Origin: the human T2T-CHM13v2.0 reference genome, Homo sapiens
DNA length: 64,000 nucleotides
Reading direction: 5' to 3' (one strand)
Assembly: GCF_009914755.1 (NCBI RefSeq)
Contig: NC_060932.1
Made by a program: the position numbers and the translations under genes
The notes under the pieces: model-generated
Told to the model about the DNA's origin: nothing
Databases searched by the model: none
What the model saw: the letters and a program-made list of their open reading frames with translations, nothing else
Shown here: positions 15,921 to 28,594 of the stretch, piece after piece
How the letters are laid out: each line of letters begins with the position of its first letter
Numbering within the stretch: position 1 is the first letter of the stretch

Positions 15921-16228
15921 CTGAAAGCCTTGAATCCTTGCTAAATATTCCAGTTGTTTTGAAGGTTGTACTGGAGAACAAGGGGGAGTAGGAGAACTTC
16001 CTTTTAAACCTATGGCTTCAGCTGTAGAAGATGTTCCATTCATAAGGAGTTCCCTGGCAATTGTAGCTGAACTATTCGATGTGGGAGATATACTGAAGAA
16101 AGAGCTTGAAGGTTGGTTCATATCTTTGGGTGACAAATAGCCTAGAGTAGTGCCAGAGATTACTTTGTGGCGGCTGGCTTCCATCTCTTGATAAACATCA
16201 GGAGACAAATGAAGAATTCCTTTTGGAG
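15921..16228 (-). CDS. STAU2: STAU2 coding exon (308 nt, phase 1/0): tubulin-binding/Staufen-swapping-motif region and start of dsRBD5
   Basis: Acceptor TTTTATTTATAG|CT; (T)PKGILHLSPDVYQEMEASRHK...ATIARELLMNGTSSTAEA...QPSKQLEYLARIQGFQ; donor CAG|GTATGA, whose read-through gives V-stop at 15915. Confidence 0.97.
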
Positions 16229-17281
16229 CTATAAATAAAATGAAGAACACTGTTATTACACTTAAAATAACCGAAATAGAAACATAGCATTATTAACTCA
16301 ATGGCTTTACTTGGTGTAGTAACAAAGAAATGAGAAACACTGCCAAACAAGTATCTTTGTCATACTGTAGAGGCAGTTGCAGCTTCTATTGAAAGGTGAA
16401 TAATGTCTATTTCAATTTTCCTAAAATTAGAGGTTTAAAAACATCCAAAAAAAGTGGTTTCAATGGGACTTATGTGTAGTAGTGAAGCTATAAAGGGACA
16501 AGGGAAACTGAATGTGTGGAAGTATAATGGGGCAGAAAATCAGGAATGTGCAGTGTCTTCACCCTGCAATTTAATATTTTATATCTCATAAAAGAGGCAT
16601 GAAACCCCAACACATACAGCAATTGAGGCACATCAGGTAAAATAAAGGCTGAATCAGTCCAAATTTCTTTGGAGGTACAAACGCATGTATTCAACAGCCT
16701 AGTGATCCTCTCACCTCCACAAGGATGTCCCACAGACAACTCTAACTCACGAACACATAAAAAAGCAAATGGGTATCATCTCAAAACTAGCACTGTCTCT
16801 AACTTGCTTTGCTCATACTACCATGTGGCTGCTCATGACCCAACCTAGACTCCTGGCAACCATCTCTGATTTACTCATAAGCAAGTAGTTATCGTGTTGC
16901 TCAAACATCTCAAGAATATGACCATTGTAGGGATTATCTAGTGCATTAATTCAAGCCAGGCCATGGACAGGTTCTGAAATCAAGAGGAGTGGGGGCTATG
17001 TCATTAGTTGATGGAGCTTAAACCATATTAGAGAAGCACTTTCCTTTGACTATCATTTGTCTCAGAGAAGTTTCAAACCACATTTCAAACTGCTTATTCT
17101 TATCTTTTGATCAGGTATCAATAACTCTCAAATGATATTATCTTTTAAAATTATTGGTAAGTCACCACTCATAAAGAATGTGCTCTGAGAGACACAACTT
17201 AATTTCCTGTTCTTGCCCCTTCCTCTCCTGATGCTAACCTTCTGATTCAAGCTTTCAATGTTTCTCTGCTGCTAGTATTCT

Positions 17282-17542
17282 CAGTGTCCATTTCCCAAAA
17301 TGTGTTCTATAACATGGTCCCCAAATAAAATGGTTCCATAAATAAAAACTGAAAATAATGCAAATTACATAATACAAATGCCTTTTGTGAAATTAAAAAT
17401 ACACATTAGCATAGTGAAGAATCAGAAAACTCAAAGAACAAAAATCTATTCGACTTGGTTTAACTCAGGATTCCTGAGTTTACTTTTTGTCCAAGCCTTT
17501 AACATAGCATGAATAAAACAGCTAACACTTTGGGAAATGCTG
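17282..17542 (+). mobile_element. MER103-like hAT-Charlie element
   Basis: Inverted termini catttcccaaaatgtgtt / aacactttgggaaatgctg; internal cacattagcat. Confidence 0.7.
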
Positions 17543-17559
17543 GAGGCTAGCCCAACTCT

Positions 17560-18640
17560 CCTCTGACTCAGTCATTTCCAATGACCTGTCTTTGAGATTG
17601 ATGACCTTTTCTTCTGCTTGACATTGTCTGCTATTGAATCCCTCTGGTAACTTTTTCAGTTTATGGTATTTTTTAGCTCCATGCTTTCTGCTTGCTACTT
17701 TTTAAAGTTTTCTTTTTGTTGAAATTCTCACTTTTTTTCATGCATTGTTCACCAGACCTCAGTGGGAATGTTTGTAAGGATTACTTTGAATTCTCTGTCA
17801 GGTAAATCACATATCTCCATTTCATTAGGGTCAGTTTCTAGAGCTTTATCTCATTCCTTTATTTAGGAAATGTTTTCCTGTTTCTTCATTTTTCCTTGAT
17901 TCTCTGTGTTTGTGTCTGCACAAACTGGCCTCATACTGGAGAAGATCCTAACCAATCAGCCTGGACAGAGATTCTGGAGGCCTCTCAAACTTTTATGCTA
18001 GTCTAATCCACTTTCTTTGTTCTTGGCAGTCCCCAGGCATCAGTCCCTTGCTTGTCTCAGTCCCATCAGAGCTCTGAGACAAGCAAGACTGAAGCCAATT
18101 CTTCAGGCAACTCCCAGATAAGTTGGGTCATTGGATACATGGTGCTACTCTTTGCCTCTCCAGGAAAAAGCTGAAAGCTGAAGCTTTTCAACAGTTAGCT
18201 TTGTGCTGGGCTGAGCAGGGGATGGTTACAGTGACCACCACCACCAGCCACCTCTTTCTTCATTGGCCCCGGGGTTGCTAAAATATGCCATGTCCTGTCA
18301 GCACTCTGAGACTGGCCAGACAGAAGCCAGTCCTCTGGGTAGCCCCAGAAAAGCTAAGGCATTGGATGCGTGGTATACATCTTTCCCCTTCTAGGCAGAA
18401 AGAAGCTGGGAGCTGGGGGTGGAGGGTGGTTGTCCTGATTGTATGGCCCTGCACTGTGAGGAGGGATTATGGCATGAGGGTATCTTAAATTTCCCTGCCA
18501 ATTAAGATCTGGCTGGTTTCATGCTCACCCGGCATACAGGAGCCTCTTAACTGGTTTCTGGATTTCTCACAAAGAAAAATTGCCTATAAATTATTGTTGA
18601 ATTGCTGTGTTCCAGGGCTTCCTATTCTACCATCTTGCCA
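17560..18640 (-). mobile_element. Old L1 5' UTR and ORF1 start (L1M/L1MB-like)
   Basis: ctttcttctgcttgac..gtctgctattgaatccctct; ends cagggcttcctattctaccatcttg. Confidence 0.75.
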
Positions 18641-18659
18641 AGGCTAGAACATTCTCTTA

Positions 18660-19340
18660 CTTAAAGGTCTTTCACCAGTTTATCAGTTACACTATAGAAC
18701 CCAAACTCCTTAGGATAACCTAGGAAGCCCTTAATAATCTGGCTCCTACTTATCGCTCTATCTTCATCTACGAAATATTTCATGAAGATCCCATGCTCCA
18801 GTTACACAGATATATCCAATACTCCAGGCTGTTTGATCCCAACACATCTTTATTTCTATTGTTCGGTTACACACATGCACATACTCTCTTAGTTAAGCTC
18901 CAACTGCTATTGTGCTAGTTAAGCTTCAGGCATCGCACCAACCAATACTGTCCTGACCTCAAGTCATGCTCAGTCTATCAGGAGAGGAACGAAAATGGAT
19001 AATACAATGTGATAGGGGTCTCACTAGAGACAGGTGTATAGAGCAGTGGGAATGGGAAAGGAGAAGTGCTAAAAGCTCAGGGAAGGCTTGCTGGAGATGA
19101 CGATGACAGTAAATTTCAAAGGATGAGGAGAATACAGTCCAGGAGGAAGAGGACTGAGAGCAGATGGCCAGCAGGAGCAAGGGCAGGGACCTGGAGAGTT
19201 TGTGTTCTAGGAAACCTCAGGCCATGCCTTATCACAAGAGCATACAGAGAGTCAGAATTGCAAATGCAGGTGGAGGCACGCAGGGGCCAAGGTCCAGGGA
19301 ACTTTATCCTGATGCCATTAAGTATAAAAGAGTTTTGTAA
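18660..19340. mobile_element. L2 fragments in both orientations
   Basis: cccttaataatctggctcctacttatc (plus); ataatacaatgtgatagg...gaactttatcctga (minus). Confidence 0.55.
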
Positions 19341-19381
19341 GTTTTTTTAAAAACACTTTAAATAGCTTAAAATAATACAGA

Positions 19382-19750
19382 CAGTCCTCCGCATGCATGA
19401 GTCCCATATCCCTGGATTCAACCAACTGTGGATAGAAAACATTTGCAAAGAGAAACAACAACAACAAAAACAACAACAAAAAACCCCACACACAATAAAA
19501 AATAATGCAACAATAAAAAAAAATACAAAATTTAAAACTAATACAATATAATAACTATTTACATAGCATTTATATCATATTTGATGTTGTGTAATCTAGA
19601 GAAGATTTAAGTATACTGGAATATGTGCATAGGTTATATGCAAATATGATGCCATTGCCATTTTCTATCACGGACTTGAGCATCTGTGGATTTTGGTATC
19701 TATAAGGTGTCCTGAAACCAATTCTTCACGGATATCAAGGGATGACTGTA
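19382..19750 (-). mobile_element. MER2 DNA transposon
   Basis: cagtcctcc...ggattcaaccaactgtggatagaaaa...ggacttgagcatctgtggattttggtatc...gggatgactgta. Confidence 0.85.
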
Positions 19751-20386
19751 TATCAATCCTATTTTATGTATTTTCTTTATTCCTTTATGTTAGCTTTCAA
19801 ATTCTCTACATTAACATGTGTTAGTTTTTTTATAATCAGGAAAAAATTTCAATAAATTTTTTTACAAGAAAACATTATGTACAGAAAAAAGTTAAGATAA
19901 ATCTCATCAGCCAGAGGACATTACTTTCAACATTTTGCTTTAAAGATATGTTTTTAATCCTGTTTTATCTATGCACTTTTTAGTTGTTGTTTACTTGAAA
20001 AAACAAGTTAAATACATAGGAATAAAATATGATCCTGTCACTGTTTATAAAACAATATATTTCTACAACTAATACTAAAAGTATAAAATTTCATTATATG
20101 AACTGTTTCTTAAAACAATTCCATATTATCAGACATCTAATTTATCTCCAGTTTTTTGCAATTATAAACACAGTGATGAACATTCTTGTAACTCAATCCT
20201 TATTCACATGAAAATTTATTTCCTCAAGTTAGAAGCGGAATTGCTAGTTGAAAGGATATTTTAGAGTTTTTGACACTTAACAAATTGCCCTCCAAAGAAG
20301 CTGTACCAATATCAGACGCCCACAGAGATATATGAAAGTATCTTGTTTCCTATTTTGGTATTGGAAATTACTATAAAAAATCTTAA

Positions 20387-20664
<278 letters not shown>

Positions 20665-21814
20665 TCTTTGCCAGTTATCAATAGTAACAGAAAGCAGGTC
20701 AGTGGTTGTCTGGGGAGTGGAGCTGGTGGGAGTGACAGATTGCAAAAGGGCATGAGAAATCTTTTGGTGAGATGAAAATGTCAAGACTGATTAAACTGTA
20801 GACATTATGTGCAGTTTATTATACTTCAATTATACCTCAATAAAGTTGTAAAAAAAAATTGCCAATTTGACAAATGGAGTGTCATATTACTGATTTTTGT
20901 TTTTTACTATCTGCATAAACATTATATATATTTTAAAGAATAACTTAAATGTTATAATTCTAACTTCTATACTCAATTTAAAAAATCAAGAAACTTAACA
21001 GCATTACTTCAGTATTGTTATTATACAGGACTAATGGGTTTGCCAATAGCAATATTATAAAGCAACAAAAATGCTCTCCACACTCAAGAGAGGCATTACC
21101 TCACAGCATAAGAACGTGGAGTTCAGGCTCTCTTATTCTACAGTAAAGCCTAAGTGGACTTTTCTTCACAAATAAAGATTACTTTCTACAGAGTTCAACT
21201 AACAGACTAGTCATAGAAATAGCATAAAAACATAGATTTATGTGGTCAAGAACTGAATGACTTTTAACTTGAACATCAGTAACAGTATTTGGATGGGTGT
21301 TAATTCACTTAGGATCTTCCTGTTGTAAATTTAAGTCGCTTTTCAATAGTATAAAGATCTAAAAGTAGAATCAAAGAGTAATTTAGGGTATGCATATTTA
21401 AGGACCTTATTTTGCTAATTAGGTTTCTCCCAAAAAACTACCCCAGTTCATACTTCTATTAGTAGGATGCGACTGTTTTCCCACACTTCTCCCACAACAC
21501 GTTTCAGTTACTCTAAATAATCATTGCCACTCTACAATAATTCATTGTTAATTTATTTTTGTTTGGTTACTGCTCAGGATAAACTTTTTCTCATGTAGCT
21601 ACTTTAGGTCTGTGCCTTCTTTGACCTCAATTTTGCTCATGGACTTCAACCACTACACTTCCCTCGCTCAGGCTTGTAACATCCATTATATTCATTCACC
21701 CTTTATCTGAAGAGGTCCTGAACCCATTCTGCCATCATCTATCTTTTGTCCCTGGTTTTGCCTTTGATGCTCCCATCTTGGTACAGTCTATAACTACAGT
21801 ACACAGTTACAACG

Positions 21815-22045
21815 CAGATACAACATGGGCACTGTTCTAGTACTTTACTTCTCATTTAATTCCCATAACAACCATATGAAATGGGCATTATTATTTTCCT
21901 ATATTAGAGATGAAAAAAACTGAAGCATGGAGAAGATATGAAACTCTCCCAAGGTCATATGGATAATAAGCAGCAATGCTAGAATTTGACTCCAGGCAGT
22001 CTGTCTCTAGAGTTTGAATACTTAACCATTACCTTAAATAGCCTC
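21815..22045 (-). mobile_element. MIR
   Basis: tctcatttaattcccataacaacc...cccaaggtcat...gaatttgactccaggcagtctg core. Confidence 0.8.
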
Positions 22046-23893
22046 CTAAAAGAACAGGTAGGAAACTAAATGCAACATCTCACCAGCTCCAAACCCCTAA
22101 GGCTTAAATCCAGTAAGTAAATGCCCGGGGTTTGCCCAGATTGCTTCCAAGGATGACCCATGTCATGATGGTTGTCCCTAGATGTTCCAGAGATGAGCTC
22201 ACCAAAATCTCACTGAAGTATACAGAGTTTATACATGATTTTAAAGGTCTAAAGTTGCCAGGGACTGTGATATCTTAACACCAGGCTATTGTACCCACTT
22301 GACATGTTTTTGCTCAGTAGATCTGTGCTTCTTTCAGATGGGTATATGAATCCTCTGGCACACAAATCTTCCTGGAGCATCTTTATGGAGCTCCAGTTCT
22401 TACTGAAGAGTTGAAGAGGGACTTTTGAATTGGAGAGCTCTTAAAAGGTTTTATAAGCGAACTTAGGAGAACCTTGCCTTTCAATGATCACTGATGTCAT
22501 GATTCTTTCAGAGATGCTGAAGAAGATAAGTGTTTGTGAGTAGCAAGTGGTATCAGAGGTATTAAAACACAGCAAGCCAGGCAGCAAGAAAGATAATGCC
22601 ACTGATCCAAATGGTTACTGCCACTCCATTGGAACTCCCAGTTTCTCTGGAAGTCCTTGGAATGGGCATAGCTATTTCACAACAAATAATTTCTTTTCAT
22701 TTTTCACAGCAAAGCTTTGAAAAAAAAAACTTTGTTTCCATTGCCAGCTTGAATTTACGCCTCAACAATGTTGGACTATAAATTTGTTTATAAATACCCA
22801 AATATCCAATAATACTCAGGCCCACTTTGCTACAGTGAGTTTTTCACAATAAAAAATTATAATTAAAAATTCTTAAGAACTAGAAACAGGGGCTTCTGGT
22901 TCAAAACAGGAAATGTGAGAAAATTATGAACAACAGCATGATTATCTGTCTCTAGTGATTTTTAAAAATCATTTATATGAGAACTGGTAGGCTCTAAGTA
23001 AGGTCTGTAGTCTAGTTCATTGTATTATGACAATTTCCTGGTTTTGAAAATGTACTATAGTTATATAAGACATCACCACTGGAAGAAGCTGAGTGACGGG
23101 TACATGCAACCTCTTTGTACCATTCTTATAACTTCTTGTGAGTCTATCATTATTACACTTTTAAAAGTTTTTTTGAAAGCACCGTTTTATGCTGCTTTGG
23201 GCCTCTCCCTCAACATAGAGACCCCAGAACAGGGTGGTGATGGGGACACCAAAGTGGGAAGGACTGGTGGCAGCACCATTCCTAGATATAGCTCTGAGGA
23301 TAAGCAGGGCTGGCACTGGCAATGCCTGCTCCTTGACAACTTTGCTCACGGCCTTTGCCTAATGCACAGGCCCTGGCTCCCCAGGCTCTGGGTGCTTGAC
23401 TTTTAGCTACATGAAAGCAAGGGAGATCCTGATGACAGTGTGGGCCTCATAGCCGGGACCTTGTTCTCTCCCAGGGTAGCCTGAGGCCACGTATTAGTTA
23501 AGAGTACATGTGACCCAAGGGAGCCTACTGGACCACCATGGTCATGTCCCTGAAGGTCAGGGACAGGTGGAATGCATCCTTGGCATGATCTTTAGCTACT
23601 AGACTGATGTGAGCTACAGAAATCCCCCTTCCTGCTGCCCTGTTGTTGGGATCAAATCGAACAGGTAGTATTTGTATGTGACTCCACCTCTTCTTTTACA
23701 CACAGCTCACTGCAAATCTGGTCTTCCAGATAAGGCCCTCAGACCCTTAGTTCTGCCTAATTTTTAAGCCAAATATATACTACTTATGAAATCAAAAATC
23801 AACAATGCAAAATATAAACTCTTGTGGAAAACTAAAAAGAGAAAATGTTAGCTAACAGCAAAACAATGAAAAAATAAAAAAATAGGTAAATAA

Positions 23894-24284
<391 letters not shown>

Positions 24285-24983
24285 AAAATGATGTATTTTA
24301 ATGTGCTCAAAAAGCATAACCTGAACAGTGGTGAAAATCAACCTTGCTCTTACCCTTAGAGTTGAACGGAAGCACTGATTTTATTAATTTGTGCATTTTA
24401 TTGGTCCTTTTTTTCCTGCTACATTTAACATAATGATGTATGTGAAGGGTTCTTAATTTGGTGAATGTTTATGAATAAAATTACTGACAAAGAACTTTTC
24501 AGGAAGATGTTTGCCTTTTGGTGAACACAGTACCAACGGGAAAATGCACTTAGTCCAGTCTTGCCCCCAAAAAGGCAGAATCCCAGGTCATGACATAGCA
24601 TCCAGCACACCTCCAAGAGGAAGAAGGAGGAATACAAAATAGTAAATAATACATATTCCTCAAAACACCAATAATGAACAGAAATAACAGCAATAAAGGT
24701 TTTTCAAAAATGTTTTAAAGATCAATTTATGATGAACTGGGAAATGCCTTTGGAAAGCTTGTACCTTAGTCAAATAAAAGTGCGAGTGAGTTTTCAAATT
24801 CAGGACTGGCTGCTATTTTTTCTTTAAAACAGGCAAATGGAAAGTATTTAATAACAAAGAATATAAACCTGGGTATGGTGAATAAATTCATCATTCATCT
24901 TTTTTTTTTAAACCTTACACAAATGCAGTAACTTATACTTTTGCCAGAAATTTTCTTTAACAAGAAGATTCTGGAGCCCAAAG

Positions 24984-25335
24984 TGAGTCATGCAAATCAA
25001 AGAACAGTCTGGCACAGGGGTTATTAATAGTGATCCAAGGGCCCCTAAATAGTTTGAAATAGGTTGACTTCACAACAAGGGCAGTGCACATTGTATATGA
25101 CTCAGAGTCAGTGTGGTGCAGGGAAGTGATTGGGGAGTTCAGGAATTCCCCAGAAGCGCATTCACCACTCATCTTAATAATAAGGAAGATTTCACTTAGT
25201 TGGCTTATTTAGAAGAAATTTTTTTCAAGGCTCAGCTTTTCAATAAAGACACAACTGTGACTATTTCTACCAAGTAAGACAAAATAGTTGCTGTGAAAAT
25301 GATGTTTGAGAGCACCTTGTGAGGATAATGAGTCA
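24984..25335. promoter_or_regulatory. Candidate intronic enhancer
   Basis: Three AP-1 heptamers, an octamer, and NF-kB, ETS and RUNX consensus sites within ~350 bp of non-repeat DNA. Confidence 0.45.
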
Positions 25336-25659
25336 TCTTCAATTTTTAGTTTATTTAAGTGGGGTTAAAATGTTGCTCGTAAAATAAAGATCGTTCTTCT
25401 TGGTTATGATTCTTCTCAGAAAAACTCCATTAGTTATGATTTCCCTACGACAGAAAAACACCAAAAAATGGATTATATAAGTCTGACATATGACAAAAGT
25501 GACCTGATCTCTCAGCAGGAAGAAACACATACTGAAATGTCTACCGCAGCAGCTTCCAAACACTGCACCACAATACTCCTCTGCCAGGATTCCTATTGCT
25601 TCCTAGTCAATACCTGCAAACGGCTCACAATACAATAATAGTACAATACAATAACAATA

Positions 25660-25910
25660 ATAATTCTGGCTAAAACTCATAGAGTCCTTACTAGATATCA
25701 GGCTTGTTCCAAATGCTTTGCATATATTAGTTTAGTAATCCTCACAATGACCCTCAAGAAGTAGGGACTATGAATATTCCCATTTTACACTTGAAGGCCC
25801 TAAGACACAGGTGATATGACTGGCTTAAAGTCACAGCCAGTAAGTGGCAGGTGTTGGGGCAGTATCCAGGCATCTGGCTACAGTCAGCAAGTATAACTAC
25901 CTTTCAGTAG
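25660..25910 (-). mobile_element. MIR
   Basis: taatcctcacaatgaccct...cccattttaca...aagtcacagccagtaagtggcag. Confidence 0.8.
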
Positions 25911-26109
25911 TAAAACAAATAAACCAAGAACTACTGTTCTTATATCTATACATTTAAGAAGTTCTGGGCATTTAGATTCTTGAAATATTCTAACACCATG
26001 ATAGAGACAAGAAACTGTCAAGATATTGAACTTCATTTCTTCATTTCAGACCTATTTTCTAGGCTCAATGAACCTCAGTCTCCCCTCTCATAGTAAAAGA
26101 AAAGATGGA

Positions 26110-26390
26110 GGTCAGTGCAGTGGCTCACACCTGTGATCCCAACACTTTGGGAGGCCAAGGCAGGAGGATCACTTGAGGCCACAAGTTCAAAACCAGCCTG
26201 GGCTATACAGCAAGGTGCTGTCTCCATAAAAAATTAAAACTTTAGCTGGGCATGGTGGCATGCACCTGTAGTCCCAGCTACTCAGGAGGCTGAGGTAGGA
26301 GGATCCCTTGAGCAGAGGAGTTCAAGGCTGCAGTGAGCTATAATGGCAACTCTGCACTCCAGCCTGGACACACTGTCTCTTTAAAAAAGA
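26110..26390 (+). mobile_element. AluJ-type
   Basis: ggaggatcccttgag..ggagttcaaggctgcagtgagctat. Confidence 0.9.
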
Positions 26391-26735
26391 TAGAGAGAGA
26401 GAGAGACTGAGATTTTTCTCACTGTAAAACCACCCATTGGGAAAAATGTAAAAATAATGCACTTGGCTATTTTCACAATTTTGTTTGTGGGAAGAAAATA
26501 AATTCAAATATTAGGTTCACACAAAGAAAAACTTAAGCACAGCCTTAGGATGAAAGAACTTAACCCACAAAACACTTTCTTACAATTCTCCTTATATGAT
26601 CTAATTATGATTTAACAATTTACTACACATTAGTCTATTATTCAGTCTATTATATATTATTCAGAAACTTATGGAAGAATCCACAATATTATTAATAAAA
26701 ACAACTAACTGGAACTGTATAAATATTAAGTACTG

Positions 26736-26855
26736 GGCTGGGTGCAGTGGCTCACACCTATAATCAGCACTTTGGAAGGCTAAGGCAAAAGGGCTGCTTG
26801 AGCTCAGGAGTTTAAGACCAGCCTGGGCAACACAGCAAAACCTCATCTCAAAAAC
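26736..26855 (+). mobile_element. FLAM / Alu left monomer
   Basis: Single Alu arm ending catctcaaaaa. Confidence 0.85.
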
Positions 26856-26949
26856 TGTATTTTTAAAATAATATATATATATAAAGTACTTATCCAATTT
26901 TTAAATTTTCTTGTAAAAATAACAAATTCACTTTTTAGAACCAGGAAAG

Positions 26950-27575
26950 AAGCAGCCTAGCAAGAAATAAAATTTAGACAAAACACACCTTAGTCCAGCC
27001 AAATACACACAAAAAAACCTGTTCTCCCACTTTTATCTATGTATCAAAGGCAGAGAGGGACTTTCACCCTTGCAAAGCTGTAACAACTCTCCCCAACTTC
27101 CCTGATGTGGTAGTGTCAGAAAAAACTGAGTAGGCAGCTTGGACTTTCATCCTAGCCCCGTGGTGTCAGTGGAGATCATGTAGGGACACTAAACTTCTAC
27201 CCCCACCTAGCAGTAATAGGATGCCCCCCACCTCCGTGCTGGAGTGGTGTCAGGAGAGAATAAAGGAGAATCAGAACTAGTGGGAACAAGGTCACCTCAC
27301 TATGGTGTCAGTGGAGACCATATGGGGACCAGAATTTCCACTCAATCCAGGGCTGGGGGTAGGGGAAAGGGTATGGCTATAACAGCACAACATGAGGAAC
27401 TCTCATGGTGACAGAACTGTTCTGTATCATATTTATATTAATACCTTAGTTGTGATATTGTACTATAGTTCTGCAAGGTGTTACCAGAGATAAACAAGGC
27501 AAAGGGTCCATAGGATCTCTTTGTATTAATTCTTACAACTGCATGTGCATCTACAATTTTCTCAAAATAAAATTT
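26950..27575 (+). mobile_element. Old L1 5' remnant joined to an L1 3' end
   Basis: Repeated gtggtgtcagtggaga motifs like those at 610-660; ggatctctttgtattaattcttacaactgcatgtgcatctacaatt 3' end. Confidence 0.6.
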
Positions 27576-27707
27576 TTATTAATTATTTTAAAATTTATTG
27601 TAGAGACAGGATCTTGCTATGTTGCCCAGGCTGGTCTTAAGCTCCTGGCCTCCCACTTCAACCTCCCAAAGCATTGGGATTACATGCATGAGCTACCATG
27701 CCTGGCC
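27576..27707 (-). mobile_element. FLAM / Alu monomer
   Basis: gtagagacaggatcttgctatgttgcccaggctggtctt...ccatgcctggcc. Confidence 0.85.
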
Positions 27708-27739
27708 ATCAAAATAAAAAGTTTAATAAAAAAGAAGTC

Positions 27740-28140
27740 TTGGGTGACACCAGCAAGATGGTAGAACAGGAAGTCCCAGCCCTTATTCCTAACTCATACA
27801 TTGATTTAACAATGATATACAGACCAAAATACCTTTTTGAGAATTCCAGAATCCAGTTAAGAAGTTGCAGTATCCCAGATGAGCACAAAGCCAAGAATGG
27901 CCACACTGAAACATGTAAGAACAATTTCACTTTACCCACACCACCCCCCTAAGTCAGCATAGCTTAGTGCCACATAGCTTAGTGCCGGGAGAGAGCATTC
28001 CAGATCACAACTTCTCCCTTGGGGTAAAGGTGAGTGGAATGTGCATCCAACATTTTACGTTTTCAGAGGGCTTCCCAAGGGACTAATTTTTGTCTTGCTT
28101 CACTTGGAGTGCCGACAGAGCCAGCATATTTTGGATACCT
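27740..28140 (+). mobile_element. Old L1 5' UTR fragment
   Basis: gtgacaccagcaagatggtagaacaggaagtccc start motif. Confidence 0.55.
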
Positions 28141-28144
28141 GGGA

Positions 28145-28587
28145 TATTTAGTTTTCCCGGCACCATTTGTTGAAAATGTGGTACACATACAGCATGGAAT
28201 ACTATGCAGCCATAAAAAAGAATGAGATCATGTCCTTTGCAGGGACATGGATGGAGCTGGAGGCCATTTTCCTTAGCAAACTAACACAGGAACAGATATT
28301 AAATACTGCATGTTCTCACTTACAAGTAGGAGCTACATTATGAGACCACATGAACACATAGAGGGGAATAACACACACTGGAGCCTATCGAAGGGTGAAG
28401 GGTGGAGGGTGGAGGGTGGAAGGTGGAAGGAGGTAGAGGATCAGGAAAAATAACTAACAGGTACTAGGCTTCATATCTGGATGATGAAATAATCTGTATG
28501 ACAAGCCCCCATGACACAGTTTACCTACATAACAAACCTGCATGTGTACCCCTGAACTTAAAAAATGAAAGTTAAAAAAAAAAGAAA
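28145..28587 (+). mobile_element. 5'-truncated older L1PA/PB 3' end with short inverted 5' piece
   Basis: atggaatactatgcagccataaaaaagaatgagatcatgtcc...aacctgcatgtgtacccctgaacttaaaa followed by an A tail. Confidence 0.88.
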
Positions 28588-28594
28588 ATATACT

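Noticed and set aside
16229-16250. N-terminal extension of ORF 15915..16250 (and 59009-59074 of the other exon ORF)
   Set aside because: Intronic sequence outside the splice sites; not part of the spliced CDS.
23020-23406. 128-aa plus-strand ORF
   Set aside because: Non-ATG start in an L1 3' remnant, crosses a composition boundary, no recognisable protein.
28391-28435. (GGGTGGA)n G-quadruplex-like run
   Set aside because: Local expansion of the usual G-rich tract in L1 3' UTRs.
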